Positions 37,423 through 50,582 of a stretch of DNA of 64,000 nucleotides are shown here, piece by piece. This DNA comes from Macrostomum lignano. Taxonomy: Eukaryota. Where the stretch lies: assembly GCA_002269645.1 (NCBI GenBank), contig NIVC01002615.1, forward strand, positions 60,033 to 124,032. The letters run 5' to 3'. Positions within the stretch are counted from its first letter, which is position 1. Each line of letters opens with the position of its first letter. Under the pieces are notes generated by a model. It saw nothing but the letters and a program-made list of their open reading frames with translations. It ran no database searches and was not told where the DNA came from. The position numbers were made by a program, and so were the translations under genes.

Positions 37423-38289
37423 TCGCGATCGAGTCCTACTTATGCCAGATGCTATTCCTAAGAAGATGGGTTTTGACTTTCAACACGACTTACTTTATAG
37501 CTAACTGAGAGATCCTTTCCCCTGTTCCCTTCTCTCTTAAAAGTAACAAAATTTGTCTATGGCCGTTTACCATAGTTTGTTTCAAAAAATCGACCATAGA
37601 CTATAGCGACTGCACTGCCGATCTCAGTGGAGTGACTGCATACTCGTAGAATGTTACATGACAAATGCTTCAAAGCCCAACTGTGGATGAGGAAAATCGT
37701 GCAATTCTTGTGCCGAAAATTTGGGAAGACGAATTCACCCCGTTCTCCGTAATTGGCTCTCTGCAACTGGCTTGTTCTCTATGGTAAAACTCGATTTATT
37801 TATTATATCGTAGTAATACGAGTGGCAATTTAGCCATTAACTTAAATCCACGCTTCACATTAGCTGCAATGATTGAATTGTCTATGGCCGAAACAGGCGA
37901 TCATAGAAAGCTTTGCCGGCTTCTCTTACTGGATACGCAATGGATAGAAACGAATCTTATGGTATTTAATTTTGGTATACAGAAGCGAATCCGTTGGTTA
38001 CTGTCCTTCACTCAACCGATTTCTGGACATTTAACTAGTGGTACCAAGTAGCTCGTACATGTATGTCAGATTTTTCTTATCAAGCATCAATAATGACCAA
38101 ACATCAATTACCAAATAACTTCAACCAGTTTTTCAAGCTTCGACCTTCAACAGACGTCACCAAGTTACAATGGATCCCCGAAAGAGATTTTTAACATTTC
38201 TACGCAAGTCCACATGAAATTTTGGCCACATATCTAGTGTACACTAGTAGCTATCATACTCTGCGCTAACTTTCCTTTGTTTTTTGATC

Positions 38290-38570
38290 TGTCCAGCAGT
38301 CGAGGCTTGCCCACTGTCAAGGCTTGATCAGCGAAACTCGACAAATTCGCAATAAGGTGTCTATAGTCCCCTTGGTGCTACCTGTTGAAGGTCCAGAAGC
38401 TCCGCCTGGGTGAAGGCCAGTGACCAACGAAATCAGAGCTGCTGCAGGCGCATGTGTTGGCGAGCTGATGAAATTTGAAGGCTTGGCAAGGCTGCACTGA
38501 GGCGCAGTGCTGATTGGCGCACAGGGGTGTATTGAACAACCCTAGCGCTTATGGGAAACATCAAAAACCT
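38290..38570 (-). repeat. Dispersed repeat copy (homologous to 49950-50275)
   Basis: Shared blocks TTTCCCATAAGCGCTAG, AATCAGCACTGCGCCTC and GCTCTGA.TTCGTTGGTCACTGG.CTTCACCCA. Confidence 0.75.
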
Positions 38571-39324
38571 TCTAGCAAAATTGAATCCGACAAAACGAAT
38601 GCCTCAACACGACTTGACACGACTTGCTCTGACTTATTATTAGACTTAGCTCTGAAGTATTCTAAGCTCGTGATCTGCTGTTTAGCGAGGGTCAACATTT
38701 TCTAACACTTCTAATACAGGTACGACAGTGACAGTAACTGCTGCGCAGACTTCAGCTGAGTGGCCTTCGAGCAGTGATTAGAGCTGCAGAAAGTAGCCTG
38801 AAAATATTATTGCTTTAGAAACATTTTAAACGCTACCTCGCTTTAACTTTCCTAGCGCTATTTTTCGCCTATCTTATCTTTGCTGGGCTGCTCAGAAGGC
38901 TTCAGAGCATATTTGTTTGTTGGCATAGTTACTGTGCATGTCTCGGCAGGCATTCCGCACTGACTTCTGGCAGATTTATTTCACAGTTTCAAATTCTCGA
39001 TCCAGAAAATGGAAATTGTGAGAAAACTGTTGCAGGAATTAAAAGACCTAGAGCAGAGGGTTCTTTCTGATTTTTAATACGCTAGTATGGTTCTTGTGAA
39101 TGAGAGCCGTTTCAAAGATGCAGGAAAAGGTTGACAAGGATACTTGATGAAAATTACAAAACACAGGATATTGCTAGCAAAACACAACCTTTGCAAAGCT
39201 GGCAAAGACACAATATAAGGTTGATAAGTACATATTGTCGTTAAAATAACATTCATAAAGTCTTTCAAAAATGTAGAATAATGATGACAACGACACAGTC
39301 GCACAATGAGACGAATTACAAGGT

Positions 39325-40170
39325 CCAGGATCTGTCACTCCGGGAGACATTCTCTCTAACAGATAATTCACTCGAACCTGTCACTCCGGATGACACTCTC
39401 GGTAACAGATCATTCACACGGATCTGCCACTCCGGGTGACCCTCTCTCTGACAGATCATTCACACGAATCTGTCACTCCAGGTGACCCTCTCAGTAACAG
39501 ATCATTCACACGAATCTGTCACTCCGGATGACACTCTCAGTAACAGATTATTCACACGAATCTGTCACTCCGGGTGACACTCTCAGTAGCAGATCATTCA
39601 CACGAATCTGTCACTCCGGATGACACTCCCAGTAACAAATCATTCACACGAATCTGTCACTCCGGATGACACTCTCAGTAACAGATTATTCACACGAATC
39701 TGTCACTCCGGGTGACACTCTCAGTAGCAGATCATTCACACGAATCTGTCACTCCGGATGACACTCCCAGTAACAAATCATTCACACGAATCTGTCACTC
39801 CGGATGACACTCTCAGTAGCAGATCATTCACACGAATCTGTCACTCCGGATGAACCTATCTGTAACAGATCATTCACACGAATTTGTCACTCCGGGTGAC
39901 CCTATCTGTAACAGATCATTCACTCGGATTTGTCACTCCGGGGGACACTCCCAGTAACAAATCATTCACTCGAATCTGTCACTCCGGGTGACACTCCCAG
40001 TAACAAATCATTCACTCGAATCTGTCACTCCGGGTGACCCTATCTGTAACAGATCATTCACTCGGATTTGTCACTCCGGGGGACACTCCCAGTAACAAAT
40101 CATTCACTCGAATCTGTCACTCCGGGTGACCCTCTCTGTAACAGATCATTCACTCGGATTTGTCACTCCA
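39325..40170. repeat. ~47-bp minisatellite (ATCTGTCACTCCGGATGACACTCTCAGTAACAGATCATTCACACGA)
   Basis: About 18 copies; internal imperfect inverted repeat ATCTGT..ACAGAT. Confidence 0.96.
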
Positions 40171-40629
40171 AGCTCACTCTCTGTGACAGGTGACTGCTTT
40201 CAGAAGGCTGATACATGTACTTTCAGAGCTGAATGACATGTGCGACGCACAGTGACGCACGCGAAGACCTGTGGCATGGCTAAGTAATAAAAAAATTCAA
40301 ATCAATGATCAATGCGTTTGTCTGCAAGGTAGATAAGTAGGCTGTCAATAACCAGGCCTCGCAGACGTGTCTCGTGACCCTCGTCTGTAGAATATTTTTT
40401 CCTTTTTCTATTCTTGCCGCAACTCAGATTTAGAAAAACAGAGAAAAATAGTTTGACAACTCTAAAAATAGACTGGATGCCAAATGAAATCAAATTTGCG
40501 ATACAAATTTAGTTTTGTCAGCCACCAGACCACTTTAATACAGATTAGATTAGAAGCCATTTAGAAGCCGCTATTTCAATTTAACTCAGAGCCAGTTGGT
40601 CTAATCTTATCAAAGTCCACTTGATTTCT

Positions 40630-40637
40630 TATAAAAA
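40630..40637 (+). promoter_or_regulatory. TATA box of the EF-hand gene
   Basis: TATAAAAA about 107 bp upstream of the ATG. Confidence 0.5.
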
Positions 40638-40736
40638 TGCCCCATTCAGCGCGGCTCGCACAATTCTTTGCCCCCATTTCTGTTCGCAATACCGCAGTCT
40701 CCAGGCGACATCCTTCAACTACAACCAATAAAGAGA

Positions 40737-41135
40737 ATGAGCGCCCGCCAGCTGTTCGATGCCTTCGACGCCGACAAGAGCGGCAGTCTGGACAAGCAGG
40801 AGTTCGCCGCTCTGGTCCGCGCTTTCACCAGCGATCAGCCCGACGCAAAAATTGCCGAACTGATGAAAGAAGTGGACAAAGATGGCAATGGCAAGATTGA
40901 ATTCGGCGAATTCGAGCCTGTGGCCAATAAGACTTTCGCGCCTCTGCCGGATCTGAAATTCTTGGCCGACTATCGCGCCCTGGACACGGACGGCAACGGG
41001 CTGCTGGGCAAGGAGGAAATCGCACAGCTGGCCACCAAGCTGGGCAAGTCCGTGGACCCCGCCAAGCTGGCCGCCGCTGACAAGGACGGCGACGGGAACC
41101 TCAACTATCTGGAATTTGTCGCTCTGATGCAGTAG
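40737..41135 (+). CDS. Calmodulin-like four-EF-hand calcium-binding protein (132 aa, intronless)
   Basis: EF loops DADKSGSLDKQE, DKDGNGKIEFGE, DTDGNGLLGKEE and DKDGDGNLNYLE; GC-rich coding-like codon usage. Confidence 0.95.
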   Translation: MSARQLFDAFDADKSGSLDKQEFAALVRAFTSDQPDAKIAELMKEVDKDGNGKIEFGEFEPVANKTFAPLPDLKFLADYRALDTDGNGLLGKEEIAQLATKLGKSVDPAKLAAADKDGDGNLNYLEFVALMQ

Positions 41136-41724
41136 TACTCAACATTCAACTAAACATTTAATTGCAAAATAACAATCATTACAAAAACTTGAATTTAATG
41201 CGCGCCACATGTTACTGCTGTCATTAACATTCTAAGTAGCTTATTATCAAGTTGAATATACTTTCATGACCGTGTTCGCAATTTGCTACTGTTGAAGTTG
41301 AAAACGGTAGTATCATCGCGCGCTGCAATTCTTTTAGGATGCGAAATCAATTGATCAATATTTATTTGATTCATTGTTCGACGCTTTTTCTTTTGTAGCC
41401 TTACTACAAATTGCTTGGCTGTTCTCTGCATGAAATAAAACTGAAATTTTAGCTGCTTCTCTTTTGATTTTGCGCCGGAAAATAAGCTGGCAATTAATGC
41501 GTTTGTGAATTGTTTAATTTGCTGCATTTTAACTAACTGTGTACAAGAACTCATCTTAAATAGTAACGCTTTGAAACTGAAACTCAAAGTTACTCAATTG
41601 GTGTCCCTGAACTCTCTCTGCATTAAGAACTACGTTGTAAGAGTTACTGTTCTGAAGATTCTGCTTTAGGGATTCGAGTTAGGGATTCTGCATTTTGTTA
41701 TTCTGCTTTTATTATACTACAATA

Positions 41725-42255
41725 GGGATTCTGCATTAAGGATTCTGCATTAAGGATTCTGCATTAGGGACTCTGCGTTAGGGACTCTACATTAGGGACT
41801 CTGCATTAGGGACTCTACATTAGGGACTCTGCATTAGGGACTCTGCATTAGGGACTCTGCGTTAGGGACTCTGCGTTAGGGACTCTACATTAGGGACTCT
41901 GCATTAGGGACTCTGCATTAGGGACTCTGCATTAGGGACTCTGCATTAGGGACTCTGCATTAGGGACTCTACATTAGGGACTCTGCATTAGGGACTCTGC
42001 ATTAGGACTCTGCATTAGGGACTCTGCATTAGGGACTCTGCATTAGGGACTCTGCATTAGGGACTCTGCATTAGGGACTCTGCATTAGGGACTCTGCATT
42101 AGGGACTCTGCATTAGGGACTCTGCATTAGGGACTCTGCATTAGGGACTCTGCATTAGGGACTCTGCATTAGGGACTCTGCATTAGGGACTCTGCATTAG
42201 GGACTCTGCATTAGGGACTCTGCATTAGGGACTCTGCATTAGGGACTCTGCGCAG
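41725..42255. repeat. 14-bp tandem repeat TTAGGGACTCTGCA
   Basis: About 37 copies, each containing TTAGGG. Confidence 0.98.
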
Positions 42256-43174
42256 GGATTTTGCTTTTGGGGTTCTGATTAGGGATTTTGCTAAAGGCAC
42301 TATATAATAGGGATTGTCGGATTGAACTTAACAAAAATGTTACATTTATTACGTTGATTTTACAAAAATGCACTAACTATACTACTTTAAGTGGCGCTCG
42401 AGTAGCACTCTGCGGATTTAGCAGATGATTTGCAAGGTTTATTTCTAATAGCTTTTTGCATTGAAAAAAGCAGAAGGAAATTTGATAAAAAATACAGCAT
42501 CCCCACTCCGTCCCGCCTCTTTGTCTTTTTCATCCCCGCATCGGAAGCTTGCAGCTTTCTCTCCTGCTCAGAATATTTTCTGATTGGCAAACTGAAGCTC
42601 TTTCGCCAGCATGCACGAAAATCCCCTTGGGAGAAGAAGGGTCTCTTTTGATTTCGAATCCCATTTTTTTGCTTCTCCTCTCGCACGCGAGCAGGTGGAG
42701 GGAGTCAATTTCAGAGCCGGGCCTCTTCTAAAAGCAAGATGTAGCGAGTGCCACCTGCCTTTGAGAAATTATTGCTGCTACAGTTTCTGCGAGACTGCTG
42801 GTAAAGCCTCTTTGAAAGCAGAATCCCATTTATGATTCAGTGTCTAATTTCGTTTGGGGCGTCTTCTGCCCCTTTCTTCCCCTGTCTTCTCCGTAGATAA
42901 AAGCATATTGTTAAAGGCGCCGTTTGATCCTCTGCCGCTCATTGTCTAGTCATTTTGCAACAAAATAGTTTGAGTCATTGGTTCATTCAAGCCAAGCCAT
43001 GGATGAGCTTTCACAATATTAATTCACAGTTGCAACCGTTGGCAGTGACAGGTCCGAGATTTTTTGTGACAGACCTGAGTAAGCGATAAGGAGAAGATAT
43101 GCTCGACCGATTGAGTGAGTGATTGCGTATAGAGGATGGACTCTAAGGGACAGTGTGTAAAGAGTGATCCCGTA

Positions 43175-45480
43175 CTCGGAGTGACAGATCCTACTGCAGT
43201 GAGTGCTTTAACAATTCGTGGGCTCAGAGTGACAGATTCTACTGACCGCGTAAGCTCGGAGTGACAGATCCTACTGACCGTGGGCTCGGAGTGACAGATT
43301 CTACTGACCGTGGGCTCGGAGTGACAGATCCTACTGACCGCGTAAGCTCGGAGTGACAGATCCTACTGACCGCGTAAGCTCGGAGTGACAGATCCTACTG
43401 ACCGTGGGCTCGGAGTGACAGATCCTATACTGACCGTGGGCTCGGAGTGACAGATCCTATACTGACCGTGGGCTCGGAGTGACAGATCCTACTGACCGTG
43501 GGCTCGGAGTGACAGATCCTATACTGACCGTGGGCTCGGAGTGACAGATACTTCTGACCGTGGGGTCAGAGTGACAGATTCCACTGACCATGGGCTCGGA
43601 GTGACAGATTCTACTGACCGTGGGCTCGGAGTGACAGATCCTATACTGACCGTGGGCTCGGAGTGACAGATCCTACTGACCGTGGGCTCGGAGTGACAGA
43701 TCCTACTGACCGTGGGCTCGGAGTGACAGATCCTATACTGACCGTGGGCTCGGAGTGACAGATCCTACTGACCGTGGGCTCGGAGTGACAGATCCTATAC
43801 TGACCGTGGGCTCGGAGTGACAGATCCTATACTGACCGTGGGCTCGGAGTGACAGATACTTCTGACCGTGGGGTCAGAGTGACAGATTCCACTGACCATG
43901 GGCTCGGAGTGACAGATTCTACTGACCGTGGGCTCGGAGTGACAGATACTTCTGACCGTGGGGTCAGAGTGACAGATTCCACTGACCATGGGCTCGGAGT
44001 GACAGATCCTACTGACCGTGGGCTCGGAGTGACAGATCCTATACTGACCGTGGGCTCGGAGTGACAGATCCTATACTGACCGTGGGCTCGGAGTGACAGA
44101 TCCTACTGACCGTGGGCTCGGAGTGACAGATCCTATACTGACCGTGGGCTCGGAGTGACAGATACTTCTGACCGTGGGGTCAGAGTGACAGATTCCACTG
44201 ACCATGGGCTCGGAGTGACAGATTCTACTGACCGTGGGCTCGGAGTGACAGATCCTATACTGACCGTGGGCTCGGAGTGACAGATCCTACTGACCGTGGG
44301 CTCGGAGTGACAGATCCTACTGACCGTGGGCTCGGAGTGACAGATCCTATACTGACCGTGGGCTCGGAGTGACAGATCCTACTGACCGTGGGCTCGGAGT
44401 GACAGATCCTATACTGACCGTGGGCTCGGAGTGACAGATACTTCTGACCGTGGGGTCAGAGTGACAGATTCCACTGACCATGGGCTCGGAGTGACAGATT
44501 CTACTGACCGTGGGCTCGGAGTGACAGATCCTATACTGACCGTGGGCTCGGAGTGACAGATCCTACTGACCGTGGGCTCGGAGTGACAGATCCTACTGAC
44601 CGTGGGCTCGGAGTGACAGATCCTATACTGACCGTGGGCTCGGAGTGACAGATACTTCTGACCGTGGGGTCAGAGTGACAGATTCCACTGACCATGGGCT
44701 CGGAGTGACAGATTCTACTGACCGTGGGCTCGGAGTGACAGATCCTATACTGACCGTGGGCTCGGAGTGACAGATCCTACTGACCGTGGGCTCGGAGTGA
44801 CAGATCCTACTGACCGTGGGCTCGGAGTGACAGATCCTACTGACCGTGGGCTCGGAGTGACAGATACTTCTTACCGTGGGGTCAGAGTGACAGATTCCAC
44901 TGACCATGGGCTCGGAGTGACAGATCCTACTGACCGTGGGCTCGGAGTGACAGATCCTATACTGACCGTGGGCTCGGAGTGACAGATCCTATACTGACCG
45001 TGGGCTCGGAGTGACAGATCCTACTGACCGTGGGCTCGGAGTGACAGATTCTACTGACCGTGGGCTCGGAGTGACAGATCCTATACTGACCGTGGGCTCG
45101 GAGTGACAGATCCTACTGACCGTGGGCTCGGAGTGACAGATCCTACTGACCGTGGGCTCGGAGTGACAGATCCTACTGACCGTGGGCTCGGAGTGACAGA
45201 TACTTCTGACCGTGGGGTCAGAGTGACAGATTCCACTGACCATGGGCTCGGAGTGACAGATCCTACTGACCGTGGGCTCGGAGTGACAGATCCTATACTG
45301 ACCGTGGGCTCGGAGTGACAGATCCTACTGACCGTGGGCTCGGAGTGACAGATCCTACTGACCGTGGGCTCGGAGTGACAGATTCTACTGACCGTGGGCT
45401 CGGAGTGACAGATCCTATACTGACCGTGGGCTCGGAGTGACAGATCCTACTGACCGTGGGCTCGGAGTGACAGACCCTAC
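43175..45480. repeat. 30/32-bp minisatellite GGAGTGACAGATCCTACTGACCGTGGGCTC with recurring variant blocks
   Basis: About 75 copies; the variant block GATACTTCTGACCGTGGGGTCAGAG..CCATGGG recurs several times. Confidence 0.98.
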
Positions 45481-46569
45481 TGCAGTGCTACAGTGAGTGC
45501 TTTAGACAAATCCTTGTGAGCGGCGGTGTTAGAAGGGCTCAGAATGCTTTGATCCTATAATTACAGACTTAGAATACAGGTTATGGGACTTCTCTCAAAA
45601 ATAAGTACAGAGTTGGTGGCAGGCAACGAACCCAGTAAAAGAAGAACCCAGTGAAAGTTCCCGGGAAATCTTGGATTTTCAAATTATATAAAATTGGCAC
45701 TGTATAGATTTGATCAAAGCTACGCCAGATTTCTCTTAATACTCTAATTCATATTTTTCAGGAATTACACAGAAAGATTTCAAAGATAAGCAGCTCAGGG
45801 AAGCTGGGAGTGCACGTGAAGACATCCCAGGAGAGGAAGGCACAACACGGCGCAGGAGAATCGAGATGACGGGATTCGTTGAGGTTTAGGCCCTGCGCAA
45901 AAATAGGCGAGAATGGAAAGAAGGGAAAGGAAGAAAAATCGATATTTTCAGACTGCTGGGGCACTCAGGCTGCTCGAAGCCGCCGAGTTAGGGGGGTTGG
46001 CGGAGGGGGAACGTGACAAGTCTACTTCTTAAAGCTCGCTTTTACCTCCCATCCCCCCACCCCCTCGAGACTCACCTCACCTTCCATTCTGAACACCCTG
46101 ACCGCCACCCCCTTCTCTCCTTCGCAGTTTTCCTAACCAGAAGAAGAAGAAGAAGCGAGTTTGTATCTCTTTTCCCCATCTTCAAATAGATTCCCCTTCC
46201 CCCAACCCCCCGAGCCTGCTCGGCTTCATCAAGTCTTGTCAAATAGCCCTATAGCCAAAAACTGTATACATTGTATGTTGCCTCCGCCGCCTGCGTGTAA
46301 AATAGCAAGGAGGGAAGGCCTTGCAGACTCCGCACAAACTGTGTATAGTCCTAAATACGCTCTGCGCGGCGAGGGGGAAATTAGATTTAGCCCCCCAGTA
46401 CCGGCATTCATTAGGGACCCGGCGAAAGGAGGGAAAAGTGAGGGAAGGACCAGGCTTGCGGGTTATTAGCGTTGGCTAGAATACCAGCACTGGCTCAATC
46501 AGTTTTTTCATACTATACTCAGCTCTTGCAGCGATAAAAAAGATGACAAAGTGAAAATCTGGCAAATCA

Positions 46570-47105
46570 GGATGGGAAAATCGGGATGGGCGAATCGGGA
46601 TGGGCGAATCGGGATGGGAGAATCGGGATGGGAGAATCAGGGAAGGGAGAATCGGGATGGGAGAATCAGGGAAGGGAGAATCGGGATGGGCGAATCGGGA
46701 TCGGAGAATCGGGATCGGAGAATCGGGATATGAGAATCGGGATGGGAAAATCGGGATGGGAGAATCGGGATGGGGGAATCGGGATGGGCGAATCGGGATC
46801 GGAGAATCGGGATCGGAGAATCGGGATATGAGAATCGGGATGGGAGAATCGGGATATGAGAATCGGGATGGGAAAATCGGGATGGGAGAATCGGGATGGG
46901 GGAATCGGGATGGGAGAGTCGGGATGGGAGAATCGGGATGGGACGAGGATGGGAGAATCGGGATATGAGAATCGGGATGGGAGAATCGGGATGGGAGAAT
47001 CGGGATGGGAGAGTCGGGATGGGAGAATCGGGATATGAGGATCGGGATGGGAGAGTCGGGATGCTAGAATAGGAATGGGAAAATCGGGATGGGAGAATCG
47101 GGATG
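46570..47105. repeat. 14-bp G-rich repeat GGGAGAATCGGGAT
   Basis: About 38 degenerate copies. Confidence 0.96.
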
Positions 47106-47654
47106 AAGAATAGCGATGGATAGGATATAAGACAATGAGAGTGATAATTGGTCAAGTTTCCGTCAGAGTTAAATGTATGACATTCGCGCCTATTGCGCAA
47201 TAGAAATGGGTATAATAGCTAATGTTCGGAAAGTTTCATTTCATGCCTTAGGGCACGCCGGTTTCTGTATGCTGGCTAGGTGAAATTTGATCAACAATGG
47301 TGCTTTAATGTATTGAATAACTTAGATAAGCTAAATAAAATTATTACTACTATAGTATTAATTTTATTACTATAGTATGGCGCAAGCATTGCAAGGATCT
47401 CGATAGACTATATTTTCCTATTTGGATTAGGAAAATTAAATTTTCCCACCTCGCAACTATAAGTAAATGCGAGCTGGGATCGGAGTGCGGGGCAATGCAG
47501 AAAAGGGATATGAAAAGGCGATAAGGATAACAATTTCTATTAAGCTCTTAGACGGGAAAACGGAAAAACTAAGGAAACGGAAAATCAATAATCGATAAGG
47601 CCGGATGGCATGGGGAGAGGGGCATGAATTCATCGGTTCACAATTGAGAATTTC

Positions 47655-48222
<568 letters not shown>

Positions 48223-48329
48223 TACGTGGTTTGGTCTTAATCAGTCGATCAATTCAGATTAATACGATCGTAGAATAGAGTCGCCAAGTCAGTGCTCCAT
48301 ACTCCAACTGTCTGGATTATTCCCTAGAT

Positions 48330-48647
48330 TAGGGGTCGGAAAACTCTGGCCTACGAAGCCTGTCTATTGAAAAACCTTTAAAACTTCACAATAGCAATCC
48401 GGCTGCTTAAGGCTTATCTCTTCAGCTCTTTTCTTTTGTCTCTTCTCTCCATACATCTCTCTAATCTCATTTATTCCTCTCATCTCCTATCTCTCCTTTC
48501 ATCTCCTCTCGTCTCTTGTCTCTCGTCTCTTCTCTCATCTCTTCCTCTTCTCTCTCCTCTATATAGCCTCTCCTCTCCTTTCATCTGGTCCGCAGCCATG
48601 CGCTAGGTTCTTTACCTTGCCCTTGAGGTAAAAATTGCCGACTCCTG
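48330..48647 (+). mobile_element. hAT (Charlie-like) MITE
   Basis: TIRs tAGGGGTCGGAAAA / TTGCCGACTCCTG; 8-bp flanks CCCTAGAT and CTCTAAAT (6/8 match, near the NTCTAGAN preference of hAT-Charlie elements). Confidence 0.75.
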
Positions 48648-49949
48648 CTCTAAATGAATGCTCTTTCAGTAATTTTCATAGTTGAGACTTGCCATTAAGC
48701 AAGCGGTGTTAAGCAAACTAGCGGGCGCAACGAAGAGTGAACAAATCCGTGAAGCCTCATCAAACTTTCCTGCTAAAAGGGAATCCGACTCGACTCTGAT
48801 TAGAATAGCATTTCCATTAATGCATTAAAAAATCGCTTCTAAAGCTGCAGGTTCTGTATAAGAGAGTCTGGAATTGCATGCAATAACAAATCATGCATGC
48901 TAGGTCACACACGGGAGCCGTCGTAGGCAGCTGGCCTATATTTACTACAGGAAGCTGGGAGCTTTTAATTACGGCCTCAGCTTGCATCCTGCACGAGCAT
49001 CTCCTAGAGCCTGATTATCTTTCAGCTCGTTTGCACAGCTTCAATTATCGTGTTTGCTATGCCGAACACGGAAATATTGAGGTGGTGTGCTTTGATTGAG
49101 CTTCGTTGCAGTCTTTTTACGAAGTGTATGCAAGGCAAAGTAAAAAAACTTTTATGGCGACTTCTAGCTGCTTCTGATACTCTGCCTTAAGGAAACCGGA
49201 AGCTTCAGCGAAAGAGAAAATATACTCATTAGGGATAGACGAATTTTTTAATTAATAATCCTTTTAAGAAGCCAAAAAGACGGCTTCAACAGCAGCTACA
49301 ATTACAAATGTCGATGTAGACGAATATATACTGATCATTACCGTACAATGAGCAGGAATTCGCATCAAGCTAATTTCATTATTAATATTATTAGCTAGAT
49401 CACTTTTTGGAACAGGTATACCTCCAGTTTCGTGCTTACGATTACCTACTTATACTTATGAGAGCTTTGGGTTTCCACTCATACATGTAAGAGAGCAAGT
49501 CAAAGTAATATACGTCAGTGAGTGAGTAGTATGACCAAAAAGCACGAAATTATCTAATGGTCAATAATATTAACAATTATGAATAACCTGTGTCATGTGA
49601 CTCATCACATGAATTTCAATTTTGTCATTGTCAACTGAAAGAAGAGAGTGACAGAGTGCCACCAAGCCATTACCACCCCGTATCCTCCCACTGCCATTTT
49701 TAGCTACGCCGGAACGGAGAAACGCAAACTGGGGAAAGGAGATCGGAAAGAGATCGAGTAGAGCCTAGAGAGAAAATGTAATTGTCTAGGTTCTCTATCT
49801 CATCTGACGTAATCGTGTGTCTCAGGTGATCAGAGACAGACGCACTAAACACTCGGCCACGAAATCAAGAATACGGACTAATTTTTTGTTGCGCACTTTC
49901 TCAAACAAGAGTCACCAGCCCTCCGGAGCGTCGAGATATTCGACGATTC

Positions 49950-50275
49950 TACTATAAGGTCAGATTTTTCCCATAAGCGCTAGTGTATTCAATACAACCA
50001 TGTGCGTCAATCAGCACTGCGCCTCGGTGTGGCCTTAATTGCTAAGCCTGCATGCTTTCATCAGCACGTCGACCAAATGTGTCTGCATCACAGCTCTGAG
50101 TTCGTTGGTCACTGGTCTTCACCCAAGCCGAGCATGTGGATTGTGGATCTACAACAGATGGCATTGGGTTGACTACGGAGTCATGATTCATGAACAGTGA
50201 ACACCCTTATTGCGAATTTCTTAAGTTTCTCTGATTAAGCCTTGACAATAGGCAAGCCTTAACTTCTAAATATCC
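49950..50275 (+). repeat. Dispersed repeat copy (homologous to 38290-38570, opposite orientation)
   Basis: See the shared blocks listed for 38290-38570. Confidence 0.75.
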
Positions 50276-50582
50276 TCTCGAGCATTCAGTCGTCATTCGT
50301 CAACCAGTCGCCGACGGCTCTACCACTTACGCACATAAGTTAACAATAATATGTATGTTAATAAATTTACAACGCATTTTTACTTTATGATTTTGCGGCA
50401 GAAGGCAGAAAAAATAAAAGCAGTAGATTTTAGGGGCTCTAGAACGGCACTGAAACTAAAACCTCGGCGGGAAAAAACTGGGCGGGAGAATCTCGGCAGG
50501 AAAACTTCGCTGCGGCGGGCAAACCGGCAAATATCAGCGGGGAACTCTCGTGCTTCCAGTTTTACCTATGCCGTTGGATATT

